A stretch of DNA of 64,000 nucleotides from Torpedo marmorata (lineage: Eukaryota), in the NCBI GenBank assembly GCA_977017645.1, contig OZ360239.1:26536001-26600000 (forward strand), given 5' to 3'. The notes beneath the pieces are model-generated. The model was given only the letters and a program-made list of their open reading frames with translations, was not told the DNA's origin and ran no database searches. A program made the position numbers and the translations under genes. Positions 61,405 to 64,000 of this stretch are shown one piece after another. Positions within the stretch are counted from its first letter, which is position 1; every line of letters begins with the position of its first letter.

Positions 61405-63210
61405 CATTGAGAAGCAGACAAACAATTGCCGGAGGAACTTAGCATCTGTAAGTAGAAATGATCAGTCAACGTTTCAGGTCTGGGCCCTTTATCAAGACTA
61501 AAGGGAAGAGGGTGATAGAAGGAGAAAGAAACTGGGGAGGGGTCAAGAGGTGATAGGGCAGGCGGTGTGAGAAATGGAGAGACGGGCAGAGACTACTGTT
61601 GGGGGTTGGAGAAAAGGTAGAGGGGAGAAAGTAAGTGCAGGATTAGGGAAGCCCTGATGGTACATGTTGGTTGGATGTGGGGTAGTATTGATAGTAATGG
61701 TGGAAGGAATCTTTGTGCTAACTCCCCACCTATTGAAGGTAAATACATCTTGGCAGCAGAAAAAGTCATGGATATACTCATTTGTACACTTGGGCTCTTT
61801 TTTTCAAGGCATGGCTCCTCAGCTCTTCCTCTGCTTCATTGACAACTACATTGGTGCTTCCTCCTATACTCATGATGAGCTCGTTGACTTCATTCTCTTA
61901 GCTGCCAACTTCCACCCTGATCTCAAATTCACTTGGTCCATCTCTAGCAGCCCTCTTTCCTTTCTAGATTTCTCTGTCTCCATCTCAAGTGAAAACTCCT
62001 GATAGACATTTTCTACAAACCCACCAACTCCCACAGTTATCTCGACCACACCACTTAACACACTGTTCCCTGTAAGGATTCTATTCCTTTCTCAAAATTT
62101 CTACGTCTCCGTTGCATGTTGTCCCAGGATGAGGTCTTCCATGCAAGATCATCGGAGATGTTCTCCTTCTTCAAAAAATGTAGCTTTCCCTCTACCATCA
62201 ATTCTGCCATCACCCACACATCTGCTCTGGCCCCCTCTGCCCCCAGACCCAAAAAGGACAAGATTTACCTTGTCCTCATCTACCACCCCACCAGCCTCTG
62301 CATCCAACAAACCATCTTCTGTAATTTCCACCACCTAAAATGTGATGCTACCACTAGACAAATCTTCCCCTCTCCACCTTCCACAGGGACTGCTCCCTCC
62401 ATGACTCCCTTGTCCACTCCTCCCTTCCTACCAATCGGCCTCTTGGTACCTACCCCTGTGACTGCACTTGCACCCACACCACCTCCCTCACCACCATTCA
62501 GGGCCCCAAACAGTCCTTCCAAGTGAAGCAGCACTTCACTTGTGAATCTGTGGGGGGTCATCTACTGCATCCGGTGCTCCCGTTGTGGCCTCCTCCACAT
62601 TGGAGAGACTGGACGCAGACTGGGAGATCACTTTGTTGAGCACCTTCGCTCTGTCCTCTGCAATAGAGTGCATCTCCCAGTGGCCACCCATTTCAATTCC
62701 CCGTCCCATTCCCATGCCGACAGGTCGATCCATGGTCTTATGCACAGCAAAACTGAGACCTCCTACAAATTGGAGAAACAACACCTTGTATTCTGTCTAG
62801 GCACCTTCCAACCAGATGGCATTAATATCGACTTCTCCGATTTACGTTAGCCCCCCACCCCACCCCCCCCCCAACGTCTCTTCCCCTTTCCCTATCCCTC
62901 TGTCTCCTTTCCTCCAGCTCTGCATTCCCCACCACTCACCTGATCAATTCTCAGCTTTTCTATCCTGCCCTCTTATCCATGTCCACCTATGGCCTCTTGG
63001 CTGTTGGCCTGTGCTCCTCCCCTGCCCCTTCTTCCCTCCTCCCCGGCCTTTGTATTCAGGCATTTTGCTCATACCTTGACCAAGGACTCAGGCCTGAAAC
63101 AACGTTGATACATCTTTTCCTTCTAAGGACACTGCGGGAACTGCTGAGTTTCTCCAGTTAATACATTATTAACTACAATCACAACGTCTGCATACTTTCT
63201 TGTTTCACTC
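61405..63210 (+). mobile_element. Older Penelope-like element with inverted 3' segment at its 5' end
   Basis: RT remnants FIDNYIGA...FTWSIS...FLDFSVSIS (from about 61800), GIY-YIG ORF 62542-62850; reverse-oriented terminus with hammerhead-like motif at about 61405-61500. Confidence 0.85.
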
Positions 63211-63402
63211 TCCTTTTTGCTTCTCTTGATAGGGATGCCTCTCTGTGTGCCTTTATAGGACAAACAAAGGCAATTAAGGTTTGGCTATTTGGTAATAAGA
63301 GAATCATTATTCTTGGCAATGAGGAAAAATGTGATGACACGTATAAAATGCCCAGCCGATGACCAACAAAGTAATGATGCTATTTTCTTTTTTTTTCCTC
63401 AG

Positions 63403-63410
63403 AATCTCTG
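63403..63410 (+). CDS. ABLIM1: Candidate ABLIM1 8-nt microexon AATCTCTG (phase 1-0; E-S-L)
   Basis: Very strong acceptor tattttctttttttttcctcag, donor CTG/gtatgt; 8 nt restores phase 0 after the phase-1 exon ending at 59228; TGCATG at 63469-63474. Confidence 0.6.
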
Positions 63411-63771
63411 GTATGTTGACGGCTTTAAGAAATTCAAACCGACCACTATGTGGAAAAGGCGAACATTTTGCATGTTCTTATCTTCCTCATTGACACTGTA
63501 TTTTGATTCAAAAAAAGATTCATAAGCCAATGTTAAGTTGATCAATATACATCAAGGATGTAATGTTATGTATATTTTACTTGAATGAAATTAACAAATT
63601 TTCATTTTCACTTGGGCCTTTAAGTTATTAGTTATTAGTCTTTGATTAACTGAAAGAGCAAATAAACTGGATCAAAATATATAAATATTTTTGAACATTC
63701 CAAATTTTAAAACGAAACCTAGTTTTAAATTTTTTATGGCAAGAAATACAATTAGGTGTCAGTTTATTATA

Positions 63772-63862
63772 CAGGTCGAGTACCCCTTATCTGAAATGCA
63801 GGGGACCAGAAGTGTTTCAGATTTTGGATTTTTCAGATTTTGGATTTTTCAGATTTTGGAAC
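63772..63862. mobile_element. Tigger/pogo-like DNA transposon end
   Basis: TA|caggtcgagtaccccttatctgaaatgc followed by repeated ttcagattttgga; opposite TIR not seen in the window. Confidence 0.6.
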
Positions 63863-64000
63863 ACCATTTAAAAAAATGCACTCATTCACTCAGACTTAAA
63901 GATACATGCATTCACATTACAATACAAATATTTACATATGCACAAATTAACTGAAGTAGACATATATTGAAAAATCTACACTCAATAATGCACTACTTAC

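Larger units (their letters stand above)
2931..63410 (+). other. ABLIM1: Internal part of the ABLIM1 gene (introns plus small coding exons; LIM-domain exons lie upstream and villin headpiece exons downstream of the window)
   Basis: Eleven GT-AG bounded exons splice in frame to PTRSSSESISSRPGSSIPSSPGHTIY-AKVDNEILDYKDLAAIPKVKAIYDIERPDLITYEP...-SPRTLSPTPSAE-GYHEARDRLMHRSSSQGS...SPQHFHRP-GNEPSSGRSSPLP...-DQGTNIYRKPPIYKQY-...SKFPAAQAPDP...-...RRRQLQEEQLSK-IQSGLGKLILKEELEKE...-...SKTSSLPGYGRSGLHR-PLSTDFTQYDSY, collinear with remembered vertebrate ABLIM1 (GNEPSSGR and PVSTDF-like segments favour ABLIM1 over ABLIM2/3/DMTN). Confidence 0.92.

Noticed and set aside
1440-63954. The many 60-140 aa ORFs in the supplied track as independent genes
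   Set aside because: No recognisable domains; most are chance frames, or shifted or antisense frames of repeats or ABLIM1 exons.
1-64000. Prokaryotic-style operon, CRISPR array or defence system
   Set aside because: The sequence is intron-rich vertebrate DNA; no regularly spaced repeat-spacer array or gene-dense region is visible.

Overview
Vertebrate genomic DNA, almost certainly a cartilaginous fish (elasmobranch-type V-SINE/HE1, CR1, Rex-Babar, L1 and Neptune-type Penelope repeats). The whole window lies inside one + strand gene, ABLIM1 (actin-binding LIM protein 1). Ten small coding exons with consistent reading phases can be read by eye (2931-3008, 9768-9923, 15431-15466, 23810-23939, 33337-33441, 38436-38483, 42051-42188, 46587-46675, 48806-48935, 54197-54261) plus 59168-59228. 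They encode the region between the LIM domains and the villin headpiece; both gene ends are outside the window. Candidate alternative pieces include a 48-nt cassette, a 63/120-nt cassette, tandem acceptors and donors, and two competing 8-nt microexons. The introns hold a full-length but dead CsRn1-type Gypsy LTR retrotransposon (4574-9085, minus strand) and several young Penelope-like elements whose 3' ends carry minimal hammerhead ribozyme motifs. They also hold nested L1/CR1/Rex-Babar insertions, SINEs, MITEs and fold-back hairpins. Most ORFs in the supplied track are spurious. All calls were made by eye from remembered protein and repeat families; no searches were run, and repeat boundaries without a quoted TSD are approximate.
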